Below, piece after piece: positions 13,080 to 26,911 of a stretch of DNA of 64,000 nt (its first letter is position 1; each line of letters starts with the position of its first letter). The position numbers were made by a program, and so were the translations under genes. This DNA comes from Octopus vulgaris (taxonomy: Eukaryota): the NCBI GenBank assembly GCA_951406725.2, contig OX597831.1, forward strand, positions 6,944,001-7,008,000, written 5' to 3'. The notes under the pieces are model-generated. The model made no database searches, was not told where the DNA came from, and saw only the letters and a program-made list of their open reading frames with translations.

Positions 13080-13990
13080 TTATTATTATTATTTTTTATT
13101 ATGATTATTATTTTATTATTATTATTTTCATTATCCTCTTCTATCAATTCTGTTTCCATTTCTTGCCGAATGTCTTCCTGACACCCAGGGTAGAGAAACG
13201 TACTATATACATTAGTAGGCCATTAAAATAAATATACCAGATTGTTCATTTACAAAGTCATGTGATAGAGAAAAGGGGGAAGACAGAGAGAAAAAGGAAA
13301 AAATAAAAATAGTAAACAAAGAAAATAAAGGGGAAAATATGAGAGAAAATTCACAGCGACAATGCTCTTCTCAATATGTGTGACATACCAGTTAAGACAA
13401 CCTTTTGCACTTCCTGCATGGATGGTAAGCCAGGGATCGCTCTTAAATAATTTCCAGTTCCTGTTTTTGATCATTATAATTGCTCCCAGAATCATTGGTA
13501 TTGTAACCGTCTTGAGATGCCACATCTTTTTGATTTCGATGAGCAAATCTTTATATTTTCTGATCTTATCAAATTCCTTTGTCGAGATATTATGGTTACA
13601 GGATATGCTCATGTCAATCAATAAACAGACTTTATTGTTTTGGTCTTTCACAACAATATCTGGTTTGTTTGCCTTGATAATCCGGTCTGTACATACTGGG
13701 AAGTCCCAAAGATTCGTCACATTTTCTCCCTTAGTTACAGCCTCAGGGTGGTGCTTGTACCATTTGTCAGCAGTTTTGATATTATAATGCTAACACATTA
13801 TCCAATGTAGAGATTGGCCAACTCTGTCATCTCTTGATTTGTACTCTACAGGTGCTAAAACCTTACACCCAGAGATTAGGTGGTCCACTGTTTCCATCTC
13901 TTCATTGCAGTATTGGCACTTTGGGTTCACACCATTTTTCATCACATTGGCTTCATAGTTCTGAGTCAATAAGCTCTGATCTTGAGCAGC
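13080..13990 (-). mobile_element. R4/Dong-like RLE LINE 3' fragment (disrupted)
   Basis: CCHC knuckle CQYC..ETVDHLISGC and restriction-like endonuclease KPDIVV..LLIDMSI..KIRKYKDL; (TAA)n tail. Confidence 0.85.
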
Positions 13991-14269
13991 CGCCGCCACC
14001 GTCACCCCCTCCATCATCATTATAATTATTAAGGTGGTGAGGTAGCATAATTATTTGCATGCCAGATAAAATGCTTAGAGGTATTTCATCTGTCCTTATG
14101 TTCTGAGTTCAAATTCCACCAAGGCTGACTTTGCTTTTCATTCTTCCAGGGTTGATAAAATAGGTACCAGTTGAACACTGGTGTCGATGTAATCAACTAA
14201 CTCTTCCCACAAAATTTCAGGCCTTGTGCCTATAGTAGGAAGGATTATTATTATTATCATCCTTATTGT

Positions 14270-14651
14270 TGTTGCTGCTGTTGCTGTTGAGCGAATGGTC
14301 TTCGTCCCAGAGCTCGCAAGATGGGAGAAGTCCGAAATGTGGTCCTTTGCTACTCGTAAGACCTGCAGAAGAGAAAGCAGGTCAACCCCCAACACCGAGA
14401 GCATCGACGGATGGATGAAGGCGCATCCAGGCTCAGCAGTTGCATAGGAAGTCGGGGACAAGAAACAGGAAGGAAGAGTGAAAGTTGGAGCGAAAGAGTT
14501 CAACAGGGGTTGCCACCACCCCCTGCCAGAGCCTCGTGGAGCATTAGGTGTTTTCGCTCAATAAACATACACAACGCCCGGTCTGGAAATCGAAACCGCG
14601 ATCCTCCGACCGCGAGTCCACTGCCCTAACCATTGGGCCATTGCGCCTCCT
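14270..14651 (-). mobile_element. tRNA-derived SINE, family D
   Basis: Minus-strand head GGAGGCGCAATGGCCCAATGGTTAGGGC..GGTTTCGATTTCC; (CAA/CAG)n tail; second copy at 33990-34376. Confidence 0.8.
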
Positions 14652-15468
14652 GCTGCTGCTGTTGTTGTTGTTATTGTTAATATATCATAGTCTCATGACA
14701 GCCAAAGTGTTTCTTATGAAATATAGAGAAGCAAATTTTGCAATCACTGGACATGTCACACATTCACTAACAACTTCATTCAGCTGTCACATGACTATAA
14801 TATTAACATGCACACATTTTGTCTTGGCATAAAAGATGGGTTCAGTACCACAGATTTGTTTGTCAATTGCTTGACCTTAATCAGTTGATCATGTCCCTTA
14901 GTGGCTGATGATACGTACATCTCTGACCATGAGCAGGAGTAATGGGGGGAACATCATAACCATGGGTTGAGAGCGATTGTTTCAGGTTTGAATACGTTAC
15001 CTCTGGAAATATGGGTGTTTCATTCATCATCCTTAAACAAACCTTATTCAGGGACCTTTTGTGTAGGATGTGTTACTTGACCTGAAGAAAATTGTAACTG
15101 GGCCCCACCTGTAAGGTCATGCACTGTTTATCTTGATATGAAGTCAGAATGTTGCACATATGGTTGTGATGCATGTGCCTGGTGTACCCTTATCAGATGT
15201 GTTGTCATGATGCGTATACTGATCCCTCTTATACCTAATCTTTATCTCAACACATTTATGCTTCGTTGCACACTGGCATTGCTCATCAAGTGGAGCATGC
15301 TAGCTTTACTTCTTCACATGTCCTTTGCATTCACAGCCCATGTTTCACTGCCATGTAGCGTAGCCACTTCATACAATTTGCCTTTCACTCTAAGAGAAAG
15401 GTCTTCTTTTGCCAACAGAGACAGCAGGTCTCTGAACTGCCTCCATTTGATTTTTATTCTCGCAACTA

Positions 15469-16026
15469 TTTGAGATCTGATCAAAAAGTATAGAGACTGT
15501 TGCTATGGTAACAGAGTTAAAGTACGCACTGTGAAGCTTGATACAGACTGTCCTTGAACTCTGTTGCACATCGAACATTCTTGTTCACTTCCATTGTTTG
15601 TAGCAGAGCTTACAAGTGAAATCTGTAGAGTGTGGCTGCCTTAAAAGCAAGACTGGGTTTCAGCTGTGACAGATCTCCTTGATTGTGTTGAGGGAGAGAA
15701 AAGCTTTTTGAAAATGGTCGCAACAGATGGCAAATTGTGGGTCTATGGGATATGACCTCAAATCCAAGGCTCAGTCTTTGCAGTGGAAGGTCCCAACAAA
15801 ATTTCAAGACATCAAGGATATCCAAGAGAATGTGACAAGAAGGCAGCTGTATGCTATTCCCAAAAAGGAGTTCTAGGAATGCTTCCATCAATGGAATCGA
15901 TGCTGGATAAAGTGTACAGCTTCAGAAGGGAACAACTTTGAAGGAGATTAAAGGAGGTCAAATTGATATGTCTTGTGGTTTTCCTTTTATAGTAGCAGTC
16001 TTGAGACATTTTGCTCAGATCTCATA
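15469..16026 (+). mobile_element. Internally deleted mariner (Tc1/mariner) relic
   Basis: Imperfect TIRs GAGATCTGATCAAAA / TTTTGCTCAGATCTC; frameshifted transposase remnants WVYG-YDLKSKAQSLQWK and CWIKCTASEGNNFEGD*. Confidence 0.8.
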
Positions 16027-16705
16027 CTTACAGAACAGCCTGCTCCACTGCTAATTAGGGCATCTAAGGATCCTCCAAGGTATTTGAGGAAATGTATTCC
16101 CTGAGTGTTCTTACTATTCATTACTCCTATTCATCTGCCACATACAAAGACTACTTTCTCTGTTAAGCTTTCTGTGAGTCCCCTGCATGCAATTTCTACC
16201 CACACCTTTCCTACATATTGAACAGGGTCATTTTCATGTGAGGGATTAATGGTTAGTTTCTTTTCCTGCTTACTAGAACTTTGGTATTTACTAAATTAAC
16301 ACTAAGGCTCTTTGATTCCAGGTTTTGTTTCCACACCTGGAATTGCTTTCCTAATTATACTTATAGATTCATCTCTCAGAGAAAGGTCATCAACATAGAG
16401 AAGACCTCATGGGTAACCAGCCTCAAACTCCTGTGTTAAAGCCTGGAAGACTATGATAAATTTGAGGGGACTTAGAATCAAGATCTGGTGCACTCCTACC
16501 TGTGCACAAAATTTGTCACCTTGCTAACAACAGCCCTGAACATGGCTTGAATGGCTCTCATCTACCATTCCTTTACTTCTAGCTTCTTCAACAATGACCA
16601 AATCAGAGATGAGAGACTCTATTGAAGGCTTTCTCCAGGTTGATAAACATCAAGTACAATGGTTTATTTTTGGCTAAATACTTCTGTAATTACCTTACTA
16701 GGAAG

Positions 16706-16929
16706 AGAGCAGAATCGTTAGCACGCCGGGCGAAATGCTTAGTGGTATTTCATCTGCGTTACGTTGTGAGTTCAAATTCCGCCGAGGTCGACTTTGCCTT
16801 TCATCCTATCAGGGTCGATAAATTAAGTACCAGTTAGGCACTGGGGTCGATGTAATCGACTTAATACCTATGTCTGTCCTTGTTTGTCCCCTCTGTGTTT
16901 AGCCCCTTGTGGGTAATAAAGAAATAGGT
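16706..16929 (+). mobile_element. SINE family B
   Basis: Matches the other family B copies. Confidence 0.85.
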
Positions 16930-17772
16930 AGTGCTTCTCTCTGGCATGAAAAACAAACTGTATCTGATCCAGTCTCAGTTTCTTTCCTAACTAGTTGGGC
17001 TATGACCCTTTCTGTAGCTTTCATTTCCTTGTTTAGTAATTTGATACTTCTGTAATTATTCCTAAGGCATCTCCTTTACCCTTGCAGCAGTTGACTTTAA
17101 TGCCACAACACAAGTTGTTGAGTATCGTACCTTCATGTACAACCTGACTTGCTATATCTTATTTGGTGTTTCTTAACTTTTTGAGTTGTAGGTCAACTAC
17201 TAACAAAGGAGAGTGTAAGTGGAATGTTACTGGCATAAAACTTACCACCAAAAAAATTATAATATAATAATGTTGTTAATCAATAAAAGAAACTGTTTGA
17301 CACACCCAGACCATTCACGTAATAACAAAGGACACCGTTGCAGAAAATCTTTATCGTAACACACCCAACTTTAAATGATTAGTTAAAGATTAGGAGGTGG
17401 GATTAAAACAGATAAGCCAAAGATACCAAGACAGATCGGCAAGCTGATAAATAACATTGATTTACTATAGGAAAAGGCACCAATGCATATATTTAACAAA
17501 GATTTAAAACAGCAAAGTAGCACACCGTCCAGTCCTACTTAGTAAAAACATTGAGCAGGAAAAAAAGTTCATGAGCGAGTGTGTGCATGTGTATTATAAC
17601 ACATGTATATATGTGTATATAATAGGTATATATGTATGCATGCAAGCATGCATATAAATACATATATATATGAATACACATATGTATAAATATATGTATA
17701 TATATATATATAAATATATGTATAGTTTTGCTCAAGTTCTTTTCAAGAGAGTTTGAGCAAATTGCTAACGAA

Positions 17773-18002
17773 GGCAGTGAGCTGGCAGACACGTTAGCGC
17801 GCCGGGCGAAATGCTTAGCGGTATTTCGTCTGTCGTTACGTTCTGAGTTCAAATTCCGCCGAGGTCGACTTTGCCTGTCATCCTTTCGGGGTCGATAAAT
17901 AAAGTACCAGTTTTGCACTGGGGGGCAATGTAATCGACTTAATCCCTTTGTCTGTCCTTGTTTGTCCCCTCTATGTTTAGCCCCTTGTGGGCATTAAAGA
18001 AA
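17773..18002 (+). mobile_element. SINE family B
   Basis: Matches the other family B copies. Confidence 0.85.
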
Positions 18003-18523
18003 TATATATACACATACACCTTATATCAAATTATACATATATATGTGTGTGTGTGTGTGTGTAGGGGACGATAAAAATACTGATGCAATAGAAGCCCCAT
18101 CAAATCCATATTCTCTTATTCTCTTTTATTCTCTTACTTGTTTCAGTCGTGGACTGCGGCCATACTGGAGCACCAAATAAATACATCTCCACATTCAGTC
18201 ACCAAACAAATAAATTCATCAAAGAAATAAATCAGAAAAATCATCTGAGGAACTTTTATACAGATTTTAGAAGGGACAGAGAGAAAAAGGTGTGTGTCTC
18301 TCAATATTAGACGTAGAAAGTTTGTTCACCAAAGTCCCAGAGACAGAAACAATGGAAACCACAACAGAAAATGTGTAATAACACCCCACCCCACCCCCAA
18401 TTAAACCACCAATGATACGTCTTTCATCTTTGACTTGTTCCAGTCATTGAACCGTGGCCATCCTGGAGCACCTCCTTCAAGGACTTGCTTGAAAAAAACA
18501 GACCCCAATATTTATATTTTTAA

Positions 18524-18744
18524 CCCTTTTATTACCAACCCAGCTGAAACTGGCTCTGGCTCTAAGTACTGACATCTTGTTTCTATAAGTTTTGAATTAA
18601 AATCTTCTGCCAAACTTTAGTCACAATTGATGTTCCTAACACTAGCTGAAGGATAACTAAGGCATTTCACTAAATTCTTTGTTATATTTAAAATTAATTG
18701 AAAGAAACACAGAGCATCTCAAAATAAATACAGTAATGAAAGGG
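18524..18744. mobile_element. piggyBac-like MITE inside a family A SINE (18420-19055, minus)
   Basis: TTAA TSD on both sides, termini CCCTTTTATTAC / GTAATGAAAGGG. Confidence 0.8.
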
Positions 18745-19239
18745 TTAAGCCTGATACTCATTCTATAGGTCACTTTTCATTGAACTGCTAAGTTATGGGA
18801 TGTAAACAAACCAACACAAGTTGTCAAGTAGTAGTTGTGGTAGTGGGACAAACACAAACATAAAGGCACATATGCATACACACACACACACATGTATATA
18901 CAAGAGGCTTCTTTCAGTTTCCGCCTACCAAATCCATTCATGAGGCTTTGGTTGATCTGGGGCTATAGTAGAAGATACTTGTCCAAGGTGCCATGCAGAA
19001 GGACTGAACTTTGAGCCATGCGGTTGGAAAGCACAGCCACACAGCTGTGCCTGCCCCTCTGGGTTGTTCTGGTTTACTGCAATCAGCCATAAACGCCAGT
19101 GACACAAGAGAGAGGCTGAACACCAACTGCACTTTGTCATTTTTTTTCATACAACTTTACACATACATACATTCATAAAAAGTCATATTGCTTTGTTAGC
19201 AATTTGCTCAAACTCTCTTGAAAAGAACTTGAGAAAAAC

Positions 19240-19620
19240 TAGTAGGGTGCTAAGAGCACCATCTGAGCGTGATCGTTGCCAGAGTGGCTAACTGGCTTCC
19301 ATGCCGGTGGCATGTAAGAGGCACCATTCAAGCGTGATCGTTACCAGTGTCGCCTTACTGGCACCTGTGCCGTTGGGATGTGTAAAAAAAAAATTCGAGT
19401 GAGGTCGTTGCCAGTACCGCCTGACTGGTGCCCGTGCCCGTGGCACATAAAAAGCACCCACTACACTCTCGGAGTGGTTGGCATTAGGAAGGGCATCCAG
19501 CTGTAGAAATTCTGCCAGATCAAGACTGGAGCCTGGTGCAGCCATCTGGTTCGCCAGCCCACAGTCAAACTGTCCCACCCATGTTAGCATGGAAAGCGGA
19601 TGTTAAACGATAATGATGAT
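19240..19620 (+). mobile_element. RTE 3'-tail (family C)
   Basis: Tandem units plus conserved tail. Confidence 0.8.
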
Positions 19621-20521
19621 ATATACATATATTTATACATATATGTATTCATATATATATTTTTTCTCTCCTTGCTTTCTGTGTCCCTTTCTGTAGAAGA
19701 GCGGTATACTAATACATCTGTTTGTTTTGTACACCACCTGTCTTCGTCTTTTGTTGTTTTTTTCATAAACTCTCCCTATTCATATATATATGTATTTATA
19801 TGCATGCTTGCATGCATACATATATACATACATGCACCGAAAATTTGTAGGTGGAGGAGAATAAACTTTTAAAAAATTGAATTGTTAGGCCGTAAGTAAC
19901 AAAATCTAGAGAGAATGGAAACAGACTAATGATAATAAAACTGGGTGTATAAATGCGTTACAACAAACACAAACTATTTTTTAAAGCAAAATAAGTTATT
20001 GGGGCATATAACCATTGTGTTTTTAGTTTTTGAAATTCACTTAAGTTTCTGTGAAGTGGCTTTACAGGGTCTAACCTAAAATTTGTGGATGTACATAATT
20101 TACTTAAGTGAGAAACCATGGGAATTGCTTGCAATTTTTATCTTTTCAATTTAAATTTGTTGTATTTTCTTATCAGGTTTTCTTCTTTTTGTATTTAGTT
20201 TGAGTCAATAAATTTCCTATAATCCATATTCAAAATTTCCAGATTTTCAGTTTCGTTTTCAAGAACTGAAATAGATTTGGCATTTGCATTGTTTCTTGTA
20301 TACTGGTCGAATTCTCGTAGACAAATATAATACAAAAGTTCATTATTTACACAGAGACAAAAACAAATTCACGAAAATCAAGAAAAATAACATCAAACTA
20401 AAATTAAAATTTAACACATTAATTACAGCAGCAAATGCATGTAGAGGATCATCTTACCTTCCACTGAAGGACAATTCTCTCTACACTTTACACACACACA
20501 CACACACACATACATATATAT

Positions 20522-20843
20522 ATCATCATCATCATCATCATGATCGTTTAACGTCCGCTTTCCATGCTAGCATGGGTTGGACATATGACTGAGGGCTGGC
20601 GAACCAGATGGCAGCACCAGGCTCCAGTCTTGATCTGGCAGAGTTTCTACAGCTGGATGCCCTTCCTAACGCCAACCACTCCAAGAGTGTAGTGGGTGCT
20701 TTTACGTGCCACCGGCACGGGGACCAGTCAGGCGGTACTGGCAGCGACCTTGCTCGAATCTTTTACACATGCCACCAGCACAGGTGCCAGTAAGGCGATG
20801 CTGGTAATGATCACGCTTGAATGGTGTCTTTTACGTGCCACCA
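20522..20843 (-). mobile_element. RTE 3'-tail (family C)
   Basis: Conserved tail plus units. Confidence 0.8.
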
Positions 20844-20869
20844 TATATATGGGTGTGAAAGCAAGGTCT

Positions 20870-21790
20870 AGAATCAAAGGGCCTTAAAGTTAATCTATCA
20901 AAAACCAAAGTCTTAGTAAGTAGGAAAGCAGAAAAATCACAAATCCCTTCAGGTAGATGGCCCTGCTCAATCTGTAGAAAAGGTGTCGGTAGTAACTCCA
21001 TAAGATGTAGCTGGTGTAAGCTATTACATAAGAGGTGCAGTAATATCAGAGGAAGGTTAACAGGGAAACTGGTTTTTGTGTGTGGAAGGTGCACAGGTAC
21101 AATACACACCAAAGATGTTCAGAAAATAGACTCCATCAAAAGTTGTTGACAGCTTCCATTACCTAGGTGACCAAGTCAGTAGTGGAGGTCGATTCTCCAA
21201 GAGCGTAGCTGCTAGAATAAGAATAGGCTGGGCAAAGTTCAGAGAGCTCCTACCTCTGTAGGACGTAATAAAAGGGCCTCTCCCTTAAATTGAAAGGCAG
21301 ATTGTATGATGCCTGTGTGTGAACAGCTATGCTACATGGCAGTGAAACATGGATTGTGACTGCTGAGGACATGCGAAGGCTTGAAAGAAATGAAGCCAGT
21401 ATGTTTCGCTGGATGTGCAATGTCAGTGTGCCTGTTTGACAGAGTGTAAGCATCTTGAGAGGAAAGTTGGGCATAAGAGGCATCAGATGTGGAGGGCAAG
21501 AGAGACGACTGTGCTAGTTTCATCATGTGATGTGTATGGATAAGGAAAGCTGTGTAAAGAAGTGCTGATCTCTAACTGTGGAGGGAACCTCTGGAAGAGA
21601 GAGACCGAGGAAGACATGGGATGAGGTGGTGAAGCATGATCTTCGAATATTGGGTCTCACAGAAGCAATGACTGGTGACGGGGGTCTTTAGCGAGATGTT
21701 GTGCTTGGAAGACCTGCCAAGCCAAGTGAAATCATAGTCGTGGCTGTTGTTGGTGTCATGTAACTGGCACCTGTGCCAGTGGCATCCCTG
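20870..21790 (+). mobile_element. RTE LINE 3' portion (disrupted ORF)
   Basis: Peptides LKLKGRLYDACV*TAMLHGSETW and GRERPRKTWDEVV; 3' UTR runs into a family C unit at ~21764. Confidence 0.85.
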
Positions 21791-22122
21791 CTTTTATCCT
21801 CAGCACCCTCTCATATCTGTCATCACACCCCACTCACTACAGCCACCCTTATATACTGCTACATCTCCCTTATTTCCCCTCCTACACTTTGCACATCACT
21901 CCCACTCTTACCTTCTGGTCTCTTTCTCCCCTGGGCTGCTTCTACCTCTCACCATACCCCCTTTTCCCTACAAACATTTCCCTCCATCCCACTCTCTAAC
22001 CATCTAATACACTTATGAAAGTACTCCCTTCCCTTCTACCCTACCCTGACCCACTGTCTGTACCCTCTCTTATATTCACCTTCCTGTTTCCTGAGAGTAT
22101 GCTCTGGCCCTGAATCTTTATC

Positions 22123-22350
22123 CCTATTTCTTTACTACCCACAAGGAGCTAAACATAGACGTGACAAACAAGGACAGACATAGGTATTAAGTCGATTACA
22201 TCGACCCCAGTGCGTAAATGGTACTTAATTTATCGACCCCAAAAGGATGAAAGGCAAAGTCGACCTCGGCAGAATTTGAACTCAGAACGTAACAGCAGAC
22301 GAAATACGGCTACGCATTTCGCCCAGCCTGTTAACGTTTCTGCCTGCTTA
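22123..22350 (-). mobile_element. SINE family B
   Basis: Reverse complement of family B. Confidence 0.85.
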
Positions 22351-22708
22351 CCTGCATCTTTATCCCTTCCCAACAACTCCCCAGCCATGTATCCCCTCTC
22401 TAGCAACACACCTATGCTGGTGGCCCCTTCACCATACTTGGCCATCTCATGTGGCCACTTCTCCTCACTTTTGAATATTCCTCATAACCCAGTCATGGCA
22501 GCATTTTTTGCTCTTCTTTCTCTCTGTCTTTTAAAGTTACTCGGTCACCTCACTCATGCTGGTGCCATAAAAAAAATGCACCCTGTGCACTCTGTTGCAA
22601 AGTGGTTGGCATTAAGAAGCTGTAGAAACCAGGCCAAAGCTGACACCTGAGCTTGGCAAAGCTCTGCAGTTTGCTGTATTCTGTCAAAGCATGGTAAATA
22701 TACATTAA

Positions 22709-22715
22709 ATGATGG

Positions 22716-22773
<58 letters not shown>

Positions 22774-22976
22774 GATAATGGACAGAGTCAAAGACTGTTG
22801 AAAAGGTTGCAAGACACAACAAAAATTTTAGAAAAATAAATAAGTAAATGAGTGGAAACTTTACCGGTGAGTGTGTTAAATAGTGAGGCATTAAAAGAGA
22901 ATGACTCCCCAGACACAACAATATGTGTGTGTGTGTGTGTGTGTGTGTGTATACAGACAGATAGAGTGATAGATAA

Positions 22977-23021
<45 letters not shown>

Positions 23022-23048
23022 GATAGAAATAGATAGATAGAGATAGAA

Positions 23049-23088
<40 letters not shown>

Positions 23089-23141
23089 GTAGGTAGATAG
23101 ATTGATAGATAGATAGGTAGATAGGTAGGTAGATAGATAGG

Positions 23142-23193
<52 letters not shown>

Positions 23194-23210
23194 AAGATGG
23201 ATAGATAGGA
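22709..23210. repeat. Microsatellite cluster (GAT)n, (TG)n, (ATAG)n
   Basis: Direct reading; source of spurious poly-His and SIYL ORFs. Confidence 0.95.
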
Positions 23211-23775
23211 TATAAATATGTAAATATAAAAACCAACACCCATCTTTATTGTGGGTGGATTGAAATCTACAGAAGGCTTTGCTTTGTCATAAAATTATTA
23301 ACGTACAATAAATACATTTGTATGTGTTCAGAGTTTCTGTGAGAGGAAAGAGAGAAAGGAAGAGATAGACAAACAGACAGACAGACTGGCTGACTGATAG
23401 ATAGATAAATAGATAGATGGATATAAATATACATACACACACACGTGCACGCGGGCACACACACCACAGAAATATATATATATAAGAAAATGGAGGAACA
23501 AATTCATTTCAATCATCAACTTATAGATATTACAATTTCATATTATTTATTAATTATATAAATAGGAACATGAAAATCGAACAAAATAATATACCTCAAT
23601 ATGCAAATTAATAATACCATAAGAATAATACAAATAACCCATCCGATACAACAAATGAATTAATTGCATTGCAATTATAAGCATTTATGTATTTAGTATT
23701 TGGGTGCTTCACCAGTAGTATATTGGATAACTGATATCCCATTGTGGGTTACCCTCATAACCCCTATCTTACTTT

Positions 23776-23820
<45 letters not shown>

Positions 23821-24304
23821 ATAAATATTAGGGAATAAATCTAAATTTACAAGGAAAAATCAGATTTAAGATTGAATCCAATTTTATAATAATTTATATA
23901 AATTATTTTATATTTTATGTATTGGCTTAAGTCTTTCTTTGTTTGATTTACATAATATTGTTTTGTCACTAATTTATTATAATATATATATATATATTGA
24001 CACCTTTTCCTTTACCAATTACATATGCCTTCCAGTAATTTTTTTAGTTTCTGTAAGCTTTAAGCCAATCAGACATTTATCTCTCCCAGATTATTGTAAT
24101 GCTTTTAGAAATTGGTTAACATAGGGTCCACTGAGAATGGTATCGGCAGTGGACCTTACGTGTTGTCCATCATGGGAGATTCATCTCTCTTATGAGACCC
24201 TACCTAATCCCCATGTCTTTTGCTATTGAAGCTTTCTACCACAGATCTGTGTCCCTAATGAGAGAAAGAGATTCAACATTCCTGCTTTGATTGCAAGAAA
24301 TATC

Positions 24305-24707
24305 AGACACGTTTGCTAGTAGGGTGGCAAAAGCACCATCCGAGCATGATCGTTGCCAGAGCAACTAACTGGCTTCCGTGCCAGTGGCACGTAAAAGGAC
24401 ACCATTCGAGCGTGATCGTTACCAACGTTGCTTCACTGGCACCTGTGCTGGTGGCATGTGTAAAAAGATTCGAGCGAGGTCGTTGCCAGTACCACCTGAC
24501 TGGCCCCCGTGCCGGTGGCACATAAAAAGCACCCTCTACACTCTCGGAGTGGTTGGCGTTAGGAAGGGCATCCAGCTGTAGAAACTCTGCCAAATCAAGA
24601 TTGGAGCCTATGCAGCCATCTGGTTCGCCAGCCCTCATTCAAAATCGTCCAACACATGCTAGCATGGAAAGCAGACGTTAAACGATGATGATGATGATGA
24701 TGATGAT
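24305..24707 (+). mobile_element. RTE 3'-tail (family C)
   Basis: About 4 units plus conserved tail and (GAT)n. Confidence 0.85.
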
Positions 24708-25012
24708 GTTTCCCTCAAATCGCATCCCGCCTCCAGGAATGTGGAATGGACACGCCAGAGAGTATATTCCTAGAGATACACTTTAAAACAGTGGGCCGGT
24801 CATGCTCGGAATGCTTTTGATCATAGAGCTGCTCTTTGAGGTTTAGCCTTGGGCTAAACGACAACAACATCAACAGCAGCCATGTCTTAAGAGTTCTCTC
24901 TGATTCCTAGAGACAGTTATTCAGCCCTCCCCTCACACACATACTGAAACACACAAACAAACATAATACACAGGACTGATCATAAGAACATTAATTGCAC
25001 ATGGTTTGTAAT

Positions 25013-25185
25013 GTAGTAGTAGTAGTAGTAGCAGCAACAACAGCAATAGTAGTAGTAGTAGCAGCAGCAGCAACAGCAGTAGTAGTAGTAGTAGTAGTAG
25101 TAGCAGCAGTAGTAGCAGTAGTAATAGTAGTAGCAGTAGTAGTAGTAGTGGCAGTAGCAGTAGTAGTAGTGTGGTGGTGGTGGTG

Positions 25186-25241
<56 letters not shown>
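25013..25241. repeat. (TAG/CAG/TGG)n microsatellite at a CR1-like 3' end
   Basis: Adjacent TATTGTATACAGTGCTCAGGTGCACCAC matches other CR1-like tails. Confidence 0.85.
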
Positions 25242-25242
<1 letters not shown>

Positions 25243-25460
25243 ATGGGTTTATTGTATACAGTGCTCAGGTGCACCACATGATATCAAAAAAAAGAGTGAA
25301 AGAAGGGGACCTACTGCAGCAATCAGTGAAGTACAGAAAGAAAGCGACGAAGACTTGAAGTACCTGCAGAGTACACGGAATAAAATGAAAAAGCAAAAAA
25401 CAAAAACTCAGAAAAGTGACCATTAATCGAACCAAGAAGAGGAGAGGGTGGATGGGCATA

Positions 25461-25681
25461 TACTCTTTACTCTCTTTTACTTGTTTCAGTCATTTGACTG
25501 CGGCCATGCTGGAGCACCACCTTTAATCGAGCAACTTGACCCCGGGACTTGTTCTTTGTAAGCCCAGTACTTATTCTATCGGTCTCTTTTGCCGAACCGC
25601 TAAGTGGCTGGGACATAAACACACCAGCATCGGTTGTCAAGCAATGCTAGGGGGACAAACACAGACACACAAACATACACG

Positions 25682-25721
<40 letters not shown>

Positions 25722-25882
25722 TACGACGGGCTTCTTTCAGTTTCCGTCTACCAAATCCACTCACAAGGCTTTGGTCGGCCCAAGGTTATAGTAGAAGACA
25801 CTTGCCCAAGGTACCACGCAGTGGGACTGAACCCAGAACCATGTAGTTCGTAAGCAAGCTACTTTCCACACAGTCACTCCTA
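25461..25882 (-). mobile_element. SINE family A
   Basis: Near full-length copy. Confidence 0.85.
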
Positions 25883-26688
25883 TCAGGAATATTTTTTGGG
25901 AATTTCAGGAAGCATGGAATTTTTGAAGGATGCAATGTTCTGGCAGTTAACAATGGACATGAGTAGTTGATTCCATGCTTTGACAATTCTGAGCATGAAG
26001 GACATGAAGACTAGAGATACTTGACTAAGTGGAATCCACAGCTAAAAGATTAGAAAGATCAAGTTGAAGGATTTTAAAAAATTCAACTTATTTTCACAAG
26101 CTTTTGAGACTCTTCTTGTCTCCGGCCACTTGATTCTGTTAGTAATAACAGCCAAAACCTCTCAAATCACCCACATTGCCAGGTCCCATTGGACTGGATA
26201 AAGGATAAATAAATAAACAGATATAAGACAGGATGGTCATCAGTGGAACAAATTTCTAAATGGTCAGGGCTGACATCCGTTTAAAGAACAATGGCAACAG
26301 CATCATCATCATCAGCAGCAGCAGCAGCAGCAACAACAACAAACTCTTCATAGTATGAGTCAACACATTTGAAAGTTGGCCTTCAATTGTGTTGAGAGAC
26401 AAAAAAAAATTGTGAAGAAAGACGTTTTCAGATTTTCCTCCGGTCCATTGTAGAAGTGTGTGACACCATTTCACAGCGAATCAAATAAGTTCAATTGTAC
26501 CAACTTTATCCCTGGTTGAGCATATCCTGTACCTGGTGTACTGCTATGTGCATGTGTGTGTGGCGGGGGTGTGTGTGTGTAAAGAGAAGGGGGAGGAAAG
26601 GGAGGGAGGGAGAATGGTACTTCTCTCTATACTCAGTACTTCTCTCTATACTCAGTGTATAGAAGTAATGGTACTTCTCTCTATACTC

Positions 26689-26911
26689 GGCGGTGAGCTG
26701 GCAGAATCGTTAGCACGCCGGGCTAAATGCGTAGCCATATTTCGTCTGCCATAACGTTGTGAGTTCAAATTCCGCCGTGGTTGACTTTGCCTTTCATCCT
26801 TTCGGGGTCGATAAATTAAGTACAAGTTATGCACTGGGGTCGATGTAATCGACTTAATCTCTTTGTCTGTCCTCTCTGTGTTTAGCCCCTTGTGGGTAGT
26901 AAAGAAATAGG
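26689..26911 (+). mobile_element. SINE family B with TSD GTACTTCTCTCTATAC
   Basis: Family B match; flanking direct repeat. Confidence 0.85.

Larger units (their letters stand above)
15225..17100 (-). mobile_element. Degenerate RTE LINE with nested mariner and SINE B
   Basis: Similar to RTE copies at 20870-21790 and 48680-50720. Confidence 0.7.

Noticed and set aside
14560-14651. tRNA gene-like sequences at SINE heads
   Set aside because: A/B boxes are present but continue into SINE bodies; no complete cloverleaf was supported.
22550-23243. Long ORFs (229 aa, 151 aa) with SIYL and poly-His repeats
   Set aside because: Translations of microsatellites.
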